NCBI GenBank assembly: GCA_018266475.1
Contig: JAFEAI010000032.1
Location: 1-61,286 of the forward strand
DNA from: Bacteroidota bacterium
GTDB taxonomy: Bacteria > Bacteroidota > Bacteroidia > Flavobacteriales_F > PHOS-HE28
Reading direction: 5' to 3'
Length of the DNA stretch: 61,286 nt
The position numbers were made by a program, and so were the translations under genes. Of the stretch, positions 8,210 to 16,946 are shown piece by piece (the stretch's first letter is position 1; every line of letters begins with the position of its first letter). The notes under the pieces are model-generated. The model searched no databases. It saw only the letters and a list, made by a program, of their open reading frames with translations, and was not told the DNA's origin.

Positions 8210-9586
8210 CTACTTCCCGGGATCATGTGCGCCGGAATCGCATAGCTGCTTGTGCAGTTGGATGCCGATGGCGCAGGATAGGCAGCGGTGCTCTTTGCAG
8301 TAGCGGCTGCGCAGCTCGATCAGTGCTTGCCCCTGGGCGGCGGAGGTGGCAGGCACACCCCAACCTGCCCATTCACGGGTGATCGCATTGCGCTCGGGGG
8401 GCAGCTGTTCCAGCAATGTCATGGCACGGTCCTCCCACGGTTGATGCCCGCGCTTGCGTCCCATTGCGAATAGATAGGGTACGATGCCGTTGATGATGAG
8501 GCCATCCACCGTGCTGCGCCCCAGGTGCTTGCTGCTTGGCGCACTCCGCTTGCCAAAACGGTAGTGGTCGCACCAGTAGCCATGCGGCTGCACGTCCAGC
8601 ATGGCTTGCACCGGCCCCGGCACATCATGGGCCAGCAGGCCGTCATAGCCTTGTGTGCCAGCGGTGAGAAAGGCGGCCCATTGGGCCAATCGCACGGTGG
8701 GGAAATTGGGCGGGCGCAGGCGGCCAAGGTTCCACGCGGCCACCGGCATGGGCTTCAGGCCGTGCAATTGCGCCAACCAACGGTATTCCTGCTGAAGCAT
8801 CCTTGGGTATTCCTCTTCGAACGAGTCTTCAAGAAACCCCGCCTGCCCGAAGAGCAGCGCCTCCACCCGGCGGGCATCATCGCTGTACTTGAGCAGCAGC
8901 TTCAGCGGCAGCACGCGGGCCAGCATGGCGAAGGCTTCGGCGTTCACGGGCCCGCCCAGCGCCTTCAGCAGCACGTGGTGCAGCGTTTCGGCGGCATCGT
9001 TGCCCAGGCTGCGGTACACGGCTTCCACCTCTCCCGCCTTGCGTTCCAGGCGCTCTACCACCAGCCGTTCCAGCCAGAGGCGGACCTTTCCGGGATCAAC
9101 GGTGCGGAGCTGCGGGGCGCAGGGCACTCCACGTTGCGCGGTCATCAGGGCCTGGTGCAGGTGCAGGTGTGCTTCCCGGATGCGGCCGCGCAGTTCCAAC
9201 GTGGGCGGGTGCGTGCCATTCTCCGTGCGCACGTCAAGGTCATGCTGGTACACGGTGTGCAGCACCACGTTGTTGTAGGCGGGATCATGCTGGTGGCCAT
9301 GTGCATTCCAGTCACTGGCGCGGATATGGACTTCCACATTGCCCGCCCAGAGCTGCCCGCCGATGCGCACTTGGGCATCGCTCAGATCGGGCCCTGCATT
9401 GGGCTGGATCCGGCCTGCGCGGAGCACTTCCACCGGTTCGTGGTCCGTAGTGTGCAAGTCGTCGGCATTGAAGAGGCCGGCTTCCCAAATGAACTGCAAC
9501 AGGTCCTCGCCGTAGGGAAAGGCGGGGTCGAGGATCACGTCTGTTGCGAATGCCTGCGCAACAGGCCCAAGGGTGGTGGCTTCCAT
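8210..9586 (-). CDS. DUF2851 family protein
   Basis: 458 aa with FIWEAGLFNADDLHTTDHEPVEVLRAGRIQPNAGPD...NVEVHIRASDWNAHGHQHDPAYNNVVLHTVYQHD, which is characteristic of Bacteroidota DUF2851 proteins. ATG at 9586. Confidence 0.78.
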   Translation of the reverse strand: MEATTLGPVAQAFATDVILDPAFPYGEDLLQFIWEAGLFNADDLHTTDHEPVEVLRAGRIQPNAGPDLSDAQVRIGGQLWAGNVEVHIRASDWNAHGHQHDPAYNNVVLHTVYQHDLDVRTENGTHPPTLELRGRIREAHLHLHQALMTAQRGVPCAPQLRTVDPGKVRLWLERLVVERLERKAGEVEAVYRSLGNDAAETLHHVLLKALGGPVNAEAFAMLARVLPLKLLLKYSDDARRVEALLFGQAGFLEDSFEEEYPRMLQQEYRWLAQLHGLKPMPVAAWNLGRLRPPNFPTVRLAQWAAFLTAGTQGYDGLLAHDVPGPVQAMLDVQPHGYWCDHYRFGKRSAPSSKHLGRSTVDGLIINGIVPYLFAMGRKRGHQPWEDRAMTLLEQLPPERNAITREWAGWGVPATSAAQGQALIELRSRYCKEHRCLSCAIGIQLHKQLCDSGAHDPGK

Positions 9587-9684
9587 GCGCTCAATGTCGG
9601 TTTTTCCGTCATGCTTGCGTTGAGGAAGGTAGGGAAAGTTCGTGGTTCGGGGAGGGCAACGTGGTGTGCCTATGAAGTGGGGAG

Positions 9685-9775
9685 CAGTTGTCAGTTGTCA
9701 GTTGTCAGGGAATCCCACTAACAACTAACAACTAACAACTAACAACTAACAACTGACAACTAAGAACTGACAACC
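9685..9775. repeat. palindromic heptamer array: CAGTTGT x3, then ACAACTA/ACAACTG x about 9
   Basis: cagttgtcagttgtcagttgtcagg gaatccc actaacaactaacaactaacaactaacaactaacaactgacaactaagaactgacaacc. It begins about 5 nt beyond the pyrF stop codon. Confidence 0.85.
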
Positions 9776-9780
9776 ACCAC

Positions 9781-10620
9781 CTACGCACCACGAACTACCC
9801 CCCGTTCCATCAAGGCCGCCTGCATGATCCGCTGGAGCGCTTCTGCGGCTTCGCGTGCCTTGCCGATCGCTTCCTCCTCCCTGCCCGCATAGAGGATGCC
9901 GCGCGAAGAGTTGATCAACAGGCCGCCGTCCGCGGTCATGCCGGCCTGGAGCACCGCCTGTAGATCGCCGCCCTGGGCACCTATGCCGGGCACCAGGAAG
10001 AAATGCTCCGGGGCCAAGGCCCTGGCCTGTTTCAGCAGCTCCGTGCGGGTGGCTCCGGCCACGAACATCAATTCATCGGGCCCGCCCAGCCCGGCCATGT
10101 GCTTCATCACACGCTCGAAAAGCACCTGCCCGCCGTCCTCCACCGGCAGGAATTGGAAATCCATGGCGCCTTCGTTGCTTGTCACGGCCAGCACGATGGC
10201 CCATTTGCCGGGCCGCCCCAGAAAGGGGGTAATGCTGTCGCTGCCCATGTAGGGCGCCACGGTAACGGCATCAAAATCGAGGTTGTCGAAGAAGGCCTCG
10301 GCATACTTGCGGGCGGTGTTGCCGATATCGCCGCGCTTGGCATCGGCGATGATGAAGCAATCGCCCACGCTGCGGATGTAGGCCACGGTGCTTTCCAGAT
10401 CACGCCAGCCATCGGCGCCATTGGCCTCGTAAAAGGCCAGGTTCAGCTTGTAGGCCACCGCCACGTGGTGGGTGGCTTGCACAATGGCATGGTTGAACGC
10501 CCGCACGGGGTCGTGCTGGTCCTTGAAGCGCTGGGGCAACAGGTGTTGCTCGGTATCCAGGCCCACGCACAGCAGGCTGCGTTTTCTCTTGATGACCTGG
10601 ACCAGTTCCTCGCGCGTCAT
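9781..10620 (-). CDS. pyrF: orotidine 5'-phosphate decarboxylase
   Basis: LLCVGLDTE, IIADAKRGDIGNTARKYA and VAPYMGSDS; 279 aa, the length of the type-2 PyrF. Confidence 0.9.
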   Translation of the reverse strand: MTREELVQVIKRKRSLLCVGLDTEQHLLPQRFKDQHDPVRAFNHAIVQATHHVAVAYKLNLAFYEANGADGWRDLESTVAYIRSVGDCFIIADAKRGDIGNTARKYAEAFFDNLDFDAVTVAPYMGSDSITPFLGRPGKWAIVLAVTSNEGAMDFQFLPVEDGGQVLFERVMKHMAGLGGPDELMFVAGATRTELLKQARALAPEHFFLVPGIGAQGGDLQAVLQAGMTADGGLLINSSRGILYAGREEEAIGKAREAAEALQRIMQAALMERGVVRGA

Positions 10621-10738
10621 GCCGTTCTTCCGTGGTGTTCAGGCCGCAAAGGACGCGATTCCGGGGCTTCAGGCAGCGTGTGCCGCGTTTTTCCCTGATG
10701 GCTGCCGGGTGCCAGGCGAGCGGTGGGGATCCCGGGAA

Positions 10739-12235
10739 CTATGCCCCCGGCCCTGCCTGTGTTTCCCCGTTGGGGCTGCGGTCCGGCACGGCAAACAGCA
10801 GCAGGAACAAGAGCACGGCAAAGGCTACCATGCCCCAATAAGCGCCCTGCATGGATGCATCGATGGCCTCTTTGAGGAAGGCCCGCACCGGCGCTGCGGT
10901 AGCCGGGTCCTGCACCAGCCGGATCACGTCCGTGGTGGAGCTCGGCGCTCCTGCCGGTGCCCGGTCCATGCGGAACAGGAACACATTGTTGAAAATGGCG
11001 CCCATCACCGCCGCGCCCAAGCTTTGGCCCAGGTTGCGGCAGAAGATGTTGGCCCCGGTGACCACGCCCCGGTGCTCCCAGGCCACCATGGATTGCAGGC
11101 CCACCAGTGACGGCGTGAAGAGCAGGCCGAAGCCGGCGCCGATCAGCACTTGGTCCAGCACAATGAGGTAGATGGGCTGCGGCCGGGGGATGCACAGGAA
11201 GGCGATGCTGGCGGCGAGCACCAGCACGGAGCCGATGAGCGCGGTATTGCGGAATCCGATGCGGAGGTAGAGCCTGCCTGAGAGCGCGGATGCGGTGGGC
11301 CAACCGATGCTCATGCTGGCCAGCACAAAGCCGGATGCAATGACGCCCAACCCCAGCGAAGCCTGCGTGAAGGTGGGCAGGTAGGTGTCCGGGCCCATCA
11401 TCACTACGCCCATGGCGGCCACGGCCAGGTTGGTGAAGACCATGGTGCGGTTGCGCCAGATCCAGGCCGGCATGATCGCACTTGGGGCCCTGCGTTCCAC
11501 GCGCACCGTCCACGCGGCCAGCAGCACCGCCGCAGCAAGGAGCACCGCGCTTTGGGCGGATGCCCAAGGCCAGCTCTGCCCGCCTTCCAACAGGAATACG
11601 AAGAACAGCGACAGCGTGGCCGTGATGAGCACCGCGCCCTTGTAATCCACGGCCACCCGCGCAGGCACCACATGCTCCTTGAAGAAGCGCAGCAGCAGGA
11701 AGATGGCCAGCAGGCCGATGGGCACATTGATCAGGAAGATCCAGCGCCAGTTGAAGTATTCCACGAGCGCACCGCCCAGCGCAGGGCCGACCACCGCGCT
11801 GATGCCCCACACGCTGCTGAGCCAGCCCTGCACGGCCGCACGTTCCTCCACCGTGTAGATATCGCCCGCGATGGTGTTCACCGTGGCCATGATGGACCCC
11901 GCGCCCAGCCCCTGCAGGCCCCGGAAGGCGATCAGGGCCCAAATGTTCCATGCAACCGCACAGGCGGCCGAACCGATGAGGAAAACGACCACGCCCACCA
12001 ACAGCACGCGCTTCCGGCCAAAGAGGTCGGCGAGCTTGCCATAGAGCGGGATGGTGACCGTTTGCGCCAGCAGGTAGATGGAAAACACCCACGAGATCTT
12101 GTTGAAGCCGCCGAGGTCGGACACGATCTGCGGCAAGGCCGTAGCCACGATGGCAATATCCATGGCCGCCAGCATCATGGTCAGCATCAGTGCCGCCAGC
12201 ACCCATCCCCGCTTCATGCCCTCGCGCCCCGCCAT
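10739..12235 (-). CDS. MFS transporter (DHA2/EmrB-like, about 14 TMS)
   Basis: LAAMDIAIVATALPQIVSDLGG, GKLADLFGRKRVLL and many hydrophobic segments. ATG at 12235. Confidence 0.85.
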   Translation of the reverse strand: MAGREGMKRGWVLAALMLTMMLAAMDIAIVATALPQIVSDLGGFNKISWVFSIYLLAQTVTIPLYGKLADLFGRKRVLLVGVVVFLIGSAACAVAWNIWALIAFRGLQGLGAGSIMATVNTIAGDIYTVEERAAVQGWLSSVWGISAVVGPALGGALVEYFNWRWIFLINVPIGLLAIFLLLRFFKEHVVPARVAVDYKGAVLITATLSLFFVFLLEGGQSWPWASAQSAVLLAAAVLLAAWTVRVERRAPSAIMPAWIWRNRTMVFTNLAVAAMGVVMMGPDTYLPTFTQASLGLGVIASGFVLASMSIGWPTASALSGRLYLRIGFRNTALIGSVLVLAASIAFLCIPRPQPIYLIVLDQVLIGAGFGLLFTPSLVGLQSMVAWEHRGVVTGANIFCRNLGQSLGAAVMGAIFNNVFLFRMDRAPAGAPSSTTDVIRLVQDPATAAPVRAFLKEAIDASMQGAYWGMVAFAVLLFLLLFAVPDRSPNGETQAGPGA

Positions 12236-12307
12236 GTGCCGCGTAAATGTAGGAGGTGCCCCCCAGGTGCGCCCGCCACCCCGTGCGCCCGGCTACATTT
12301 GGCCGCC

Positions 12308-13618
12308 ATGCCCGGCCTCGTGCTCACCTGCGGCTACATCGCCCTGTTCCTGTACCTGATCGGGCGCCTCCGCTTCTTCAGCGCCCCTGGCCTGCGGCGC
12401 CGCACCATCGGTTGGCTTTTTCTGCTGAAGGTGGCTGCGGGCACGGCCTTATGGTGGATCTACACGCACCACTACCCGGACCGGTCCACGGCGGACATCT
12501 TCAAGTTCTTCGATGACGGCAACGTGATGTTCGGCGCATTGCCGCACCATCCGGCCGATTACCTGCGGATGCTGCTCGGCTTAGGCAACGACACGCCGCA
12601 CTTCGATGCGCACTACTACACGGTGATGAACCATTGGTACCGGAGATATGATACCGGCTATTACAACGATGCCCATACCATGATCCGCTTCAACGCGCTG
12701 GTGCGGCTCTTCTCCTTCGGCGTGTACCATGTACACACGGTGTTCGCCGCCTTTCTGTCGCTCACCGGCTTAGTGGCGCTGTACAAGGCGTTCGCTGCAT
12801 ATGTGCCCGGCCTGGGGCGGGCCTTGGCAGCGGGCCTGTTCCTGTGGCCGAGCACACTTATCTGGGGCAGTGCGCCGCTCAAGGAAACCTTGTTGTTCTT
12901 CGGCCTCGGCCTCTTCCTGCTGCCTGTGGTCCGCCGCATGGGCGGCAAATTGCCCTGGACCGGCTGGGCATGGATGCTGCTGGGACTGCTGGTGCAGCTG
13001 AGCCTGAAATCCTACGTGCTGGCCTGCATGCTGCCCGGCCTGGCCGCCCTGTGGTGGTGCCGCCGCACCGGCGGGCGGCGGGCAGTGCCGAAGTTCATCA
13101 CGGCCTATGGCCTTGCGCTGCTTGCGGTGGTGCTGGCTCCCCTGCTCTTCCCTGCGCTTGACGTGGCGGCCCTCATCCGGCAAAAGCAGCACGATATGCT
13201 GGGCGTGGTGGCGGCAATGGCCCCCGGCAGCTACATCCCCACCAGCTTGATGCAGCCCGGCTGGGGCGGCCTGCTGCGCCAGGCGCCGCACGCGCTCTAC
13301 CTCTCGTTAATCGCGCCCTTGGCCACGTGGAACACCGGGCTGCTCGGCCTGCTGGGCGCCCTGGAGAACCTTGCCCTGCTGGCCCTTGTTCCGTTGGCCG
13401 CGTGGTGGGCCCGGCCTTGGAAGGAAATGGACCGGCCCCTGCTGCTCTACTGCCTCACCTTCTGCCTGGCCCTGGGCCTGCTGGTAGGCTGGACCACCCC
13501 GGTGATCGGTGCGCTATTGCGCTACCGCGTTCCGCTTCTCCCCTTCTATAGCTTGGCGTTCCTGCTGGTGGTCCGGCCGCAGCGCATGCCCGGCCTGCTT
13601 CGCACCCCTTCAAAATGA
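12308..13618 (+). CDS. polytopic membrane protein, function unknown
   Basis: ORF 11552..13618 trimmed to the ATG at 12308 (MPGLVLTCGYIALFLYLIG...). At least 10 hydrophobic segments. The upstream part of the ORF is antisense to the MFS gene. Its stop overlaps the next start (ATGA). Confidence 0.6.
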   Translation: MPGLVLTCGYIALFLYLIGRLRFFSAPGLRRRTIGWLFLLKVAAGTALWWIYTHHYPDRSTADIFKFFDDGNVMFGALPHHPADYLRMLLGLGNDTPHFDAHYYTVMNHWYRRYDTGYYNDAHTMIRFNALVRLFSFGVYHVHTVFAAFLSLTGLVALYKAFAAYVPGLGRALAAGLFLWPSTLIWGSAPLKETLLFFGLGLFLLPVVRRMGGKLPWTGWAWMLLGLLVQLSLKSYVLACMLPGLAALWWCRRTGGRRAVPKFITAYGLALLAVVLAPLLFPALDVAALIRQKQHDMLGVVAAMAPGSYIPTSLMQPGWGGLLRQAPHALYLSLIAPLATWNTGLLGLLGALENLALLALVPLAAWWARPWKEMDRPLLLYCLTFCLALGLLVGWTTPVIGALLRYRVPLLPFYSLAFLLVVRPQRMPGLLRTPSK

Positions 13619-15261
13619 ACCGCATCGCGACCCTGCTGCCCGCCGTGGCCTTGTTGTTCTCCTCCTGCAAGTTCGCCTACCGCGACCGCGACGCGGACCT
13701 GGTGGTACACAACGCCCGGATCTGCACGCTGGACGGGCAGAACACGCAGCAGACCGCCATGGCGATCAAGGACGGGCGGATCCTGGAGCTGGGGCCGGAG
13801 TTCCAGATCCTCAACCGCTACCGCGCCAAGCGGACCTACGATGCGGGGGCAAAGGCCGTCTATCCCGGCTTCATCGACGGGCACTGCCACTTCCTGGGCT
13901 ACGGGCTGAACAAGCAAAAGGTGAACCTCGCCGGCGCGAAGAGCTGGGGCGAAGTGCTGCGCCGCGTATCGGCCTATGCCGATGCGCACCCCGGAAGCGG
14001 CTGGGTGCTGGGGCGGGGCTGGGACCAGAACCTTTGGCCAGGCAAGGCTTTTCCGGACAATGACAGCCTGAACCTCCTCTTCCCGAACCGCCCCGTGCTG
14101 CTGCAGCGCGTGGACGGCCATGCCGCCATCGTGAACCGGAAGGCCATGGACCTTGCGGGCCTCACCGCGGCCAGCACCATTGCCGGCGGCCTGTTGGAGA
14201 AGCGCAACGGCAAGCTCACGGGCCTGTTGCTGGACAATGCCGTGTCCGTGTTCCAAAAGATCTTCGATGATGCGGACGAGCCCGCCAAGCGTGAAGCCCT
14301 GCTGGCCGCACAGCACGATTGCCTTTCCGCCGGCCTCACCATGGTGTGCGATGCGGGCCTGGACGCCGGCACCCTTGCCCTGTTGAAGCGCATGCAGGCC
14401 GATGGCTCGCTGAAGATCCGGGTATATGCCATGCTGGCCGACGACAGCGCCAACTTCCGCCAGTACGCCGGCGGACCCTACATCGGCGACCGCCTGATCG
14501 TGCGCGCGGTGAAATGCTATGCCGATGGCGCCCTGGGCTCGCGCGGGGCCCTGCTCATCAAGCCGTACAGCGATGATGCCGCCGCCGGCCACGGCCTGCA
14601 ATTGGCCACCCGCGACCACTTCCTGGACGTGGCCCGCTGGTGCAAGGCGCATGGGTTCCAAATGGCCACCCACTGCATTGGCGACAGCGCCAACCGCCTG
14701 TTGCTCGGCGTGTACGGCGAAGTGCTCGGCGGCACCAACGACCTGCGCTGGCGCATTGAGCATGCCCAGTGCATGGACCCGGCCGACTTCAAGTTCTTCG
14801 GCCAGTACAACATCATCCCCAGCATGCAGCCCACCCATGCCACCAGCGACATGCGGTGGGCGGTGGACCGGCTTGGGCCTGAACGCATCGTCAACGCCTA
14901 CGCGCTCAAGCGGCTGATGCTGCAGAACGGCATGATCGCCCTGGGCACGGACTTTCCCGTGGAGGCAACGGACCCGCTGAAGACCTTTTACGCGGCGGTG
15001 GTGCGCAAGAACGCCGACGGCATGCCGCCCGAGGGCTTTCAGATGGCGGATGCGCTGGGGCGGGAACATGCGCTGCGGGGCATGACCACCTGGAACGCGC
15101 TGGCCACCTTCACCGAAAAGGACCTGGGCAGTTTGGAAGCGGGCAAATTGGCCGACTTTACCGTGGTGGATCGCGACCTGCTGACCGTGGGCGGTAACTT
15201 GCTGCCAGGGGCGCAGGTGGTGGCCACCTTCATCAACGGCGAGCAGGTGGCGGGGCGTTAG
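13615..15261 (+). CDS. amidohydrolase-family metallohydrolase (YtcJ-like), lipoprotein
   Basis: Lipobox LLFSSC, YPGFIDGHCHFLGYG (HxH metal site), VKCYADGALGSRGA and GTDFPVE. Confidence 0.85.
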   Translation: MNRIATLLPAVALLFSSCKFAYRDRDADLVVHNARICTLDGQNTQQTAMAIKDGRILELGPEFQILNRYRAKRTYDAGAKAVYPGFIDGHCHFLGYGLNKQKVNLAGAKSWGEVLRRVSAYADAHPGSGWVLGRGWDQNLWPGKAFPDNDSLNLLFPNRPVLLQRVDGHAAIVNRKAMDLAGLTAASTIAGGLLEKRNGKLTGLLLDNAVSVFQKIFDDADEPAKREALLAAQHDCLSAGLTMVCDAGLDAGTLALLKRMQADGSLKIRVYAMLADDSANFRQYAGGPYIGDRLIVRAVKCYADGALGSRGALLIKPYSDDAAAGHGLQLATRDHFLDVARWCKAHGFQMATHCIGDSANRLLLGVYGEVLGGTNDLRWRIEHAQCMDPADFKFFGQYNIIPSMQPTHATSDMRWAVDRLGPERIVNAYALKRLMLQNGMIALGTDFPVEATDPLKTFYAAVVRKNADGMPPEGFQMADALGREHALRGMTTWNALATFTEKDLGSLEAGKLADFTVVDRDLLTVGGNLLPGAQVVATFINGEQVAGR

Positions 15262-16019
15262 GGCCGTGAAAGAAGGCCTTCCCCAAGCTGCTTGCGCGTC
15301 CAGTCGTAGCCAATTTGCTCGATCACCCGCAGCTTGCCCAGTTCCAGCAGACCGAAGCGGCTAAGCTCCGGCGGTTCGATGAACACCCCGCACCCGCGCG
15401 CCGAGCGCACCACCATCTCGCGGAAGTTCAGGTGCCAGATGCGGTCCATGGTGCGCACCATGCTGCGCCTGCCGGGCACGAATGCCGGCAACGGGTTCAC
15501 ATGCACGGCCACCACCGCTGCCTTGCGGTCCGCAAAAGGGTCCACCGGCAGGTTGTTGCTCATGCCACCGTCCACGCAGTACACGCCATTTACCAGCACC
15601 GGAGGAAAGACCAACGGAATGGCACAGGAGGCCATCAGCGCAGGGATGAGCGGGCCCTGGTGAAAAATGCACTGCCCGCCCTGCTCCAGGTTGGTGGCGG
15701 TAACGAACAAGGGGATGGGCAGGTCCTCGAACCGCGTGCGGCGGAGCGTTTTTTCCAGGAAGCCCTCGATCCTTTTGGAGGCCGGAGCGGGCCTGCGGAC
15801 CAGGCGTGACCGCTTTAGTTCCGCCGCCACCAGCTCCAGGGCTTCCTCCGGCGTGCGCCCATCGGCCATCATGGCGCCCACCAATGCACCGGCGCTGGTG
15901 CCTGCAATGGCGTTGGGTACCAGGCCCGCTTCCCGCAGGGCGCGCAGCACGCCCAGGTGGGCAGCGCCCCGCACGCCGCCACCCGACAGGACAAAAGGCC
16001 GTTGCACTTCCATCAGCAT
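15258..16019 (-). CDS. patatin-like phospholipase
   Basis: LSGGGVRGAAHLG (oxyanion hole), GTSAGA (GxSxG nucleophile) and VDGGMSNNLP (catalytic Asp). Confidence 0.85.
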   Translation of the reverse strand: MLMEVQRPFVLSGGGVRGAAHLGVLRALREAGLVPNAIAGTSAGALVGAMMADGRTPEEALELVAAELKRSRLVRRPAPASKRIEGFLEKTLRRTRFEDLPIPLFVTATNLEQGGQCIFHQGPLIPALMASCAIPLVFPPVLVNGVYCVDGGMSNNLPVDPFADRKAAVVAVHVNPLPAFVPGRRSMVRTMDRIWHLNFREMVVRSARGCGVFIEPPELSRFGLLELGKLRVIEQIGYDWTRKQLGEGLLSRP

Positions 16020-16069
16020 TGTCCGGCCAATTTCCTGATGAAGCGCAATTCCGTTCCTCCAGGCATGCC
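16004..16069. repeat. direct repeat copy A (remnant of the peptidase 3' end plus the real patatin start)
   Basis: gcacttccatcagcat...ggccaatttcctgatgaagcgcaattccgttcctccaggcatgcc aligns with 16872..16946 apart from one 8-nt indel and a handful of mismatches. Confidence 0.8.
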
Positions 16070-16083
16070 TGCAAACTTGTTGG

Positions 16084-16524
16084 TCATATCACTTCAGCGG
16101 GGGCAATGGCCTTGATGCCAGGCAGCTTCCTGGTGCGCTTTTGGAAGGCGGCATCGTTGGTAACGATGGCCTCAATGAGGGGGTGGGCATCTGCCGCAGC
16201 ATAAATGATGGCATCTTCCCAATCGGCCCATTCCATGGCGAAGCCCCCTGCGAAGGCCCCATTCCCGCCGTTTATCAACGTGACAAAGGTGATCAGCTTG
16301 CCCGTCTGCTTCATGATCTCCTGCTTGGTCCACACGCGCCTATCCTCCTTGTCGCGCAATTGGTCCATCATATACATGAGTGTCATAAGGCACCACTCTG
16401 ATGTATAGGCGGTGAAATGCCCCTGCTGGCATCGGCGCATCAGGATCACCGAAGGATGATCATCCGGAACACGATTGAAAACCACGTTCATCATCATGTT
16501 TGTATCGATGTAGATGTGCTTCAT
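16084..16524 (-). CDS. PIN-domain toxin (VapC-like)
   Basis: MKHIYIDTNMMMNVVFNR (N-terminal acidic PIN motif), 146 aa. There is a 4-nt ATGA overlap with the upstream small ORF. GC is lower than in the flanks. Confidence 0.68.
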   Translation of the reverse strand: MKHIYIDTNMMMNVVFNRVPDDHPSVILMRRCQQGHFTAYTSEWCLMTLMYMMDQLRDKEDRRVWTKQEIMKQTGKLITFVTLINGGNGAFAGGFAMEWADWEDAIIYAAADAHPLIEAIVTNDAAFQKRTRKLPGIKAIAPAEVI

Positions 16525-16790
16525 CGCTTCGGCAGGTGTTTGCGCAACAGGGCCCCGAGCAGGTCGGTGCGTTTGTAGTCGGCATCGGTAAATGATGCGT
16601 TGTGGTTGCGCACTTCATCCGCCCAAAGCCGCTTGCCGGTCGTCTCCTCGGCCTCCATCTGTTGGGCCGCATCCTCCACCAGTTCGGTGATGCTCTTCCC
16701 GCTCCTGGCGCTCGCGCGGCGAAGCATGGCCACATATTTCGGCCGCACGCTTAGGGTAAGTTTGGACTTGGCACCCTTGGTCGCTTTCAT
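16521..16790 (-). CDS. putative antitoxin partner of the PIN toxin
   Basis: 89-aa ORF translationally coupled to the PIN gene (MKATKGAKSKLTLSVRPKYVAMLRRASARSGKSITELVEDAA, RHH/antitoxin-like). Family not identified. Confidence 0.5.
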   Translation of the reverse strand: MKATKGAKSKLTLSVRPKYVAMLRRASARSGKSITELVEDAAQQMEAEETTGKRLWADEVRNHNASFTDADYKRTDLLGALLRKHLPKR

Positions 16791-16871
16791 GTTTCAAAGG
16801 TAGCACGTGCGGTGCCGTTTCAGCACGTATCACGATCCGCCCCCCAAATGCGATGGGTTCGCCCGGCAAGG

Positions 16872-16946
16872 GCAACTTCCATCGGCATCCGCCCCCTTCC
16901 CGGCCTATTCCCTGATGAAGCGCAATCCCGTTCCGCCCGGCATGCC
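16872..16946. repeat. direct repeat copy B (real peptidase 3' end plus remnant of the patatin start)
   Basis: gcaacttccatcggcatccgcccccttcccggcctattccctgatgaagcgcaatcccgttccgcccggcatgcc; see copy A. Confidence 0.8.

Noticed and set aside
10617-12206. 529-aa minus-strand ORF in an alternative frame of the MFS locus
   Set aside because: It is Arg/Gly/Pro/His-rich with no hydrophobic segments. The overlapping frame 10739..12235 encodes a typical 14-TMS transporter.
11552-12307. N-terminal 252 codons of ORF 11552..13618
   Set aside because: It is antisense to the MFS transporter. The membrane protein begins at the ATG at 12308 in the intergenic region.
13546-15069. 507-aa minus-strand ORF
   Set aside because: It is antisense to the well-supported amidohydrolase gene. 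Its composition is Ala/Gly/Arg/His-rich, typical of shadow ORFs in high-GC DNA, with no motifs.
15258-16019. Patatin gene as an effector of a CBASS-like defence system, given the adjacent TA cassette
   Set aside because: No cyclase, nucleotidyltransferase or other defence partners are nearby. The TA cassette is a secondary insertion (duplicated junction), so the adjacency is incidental.
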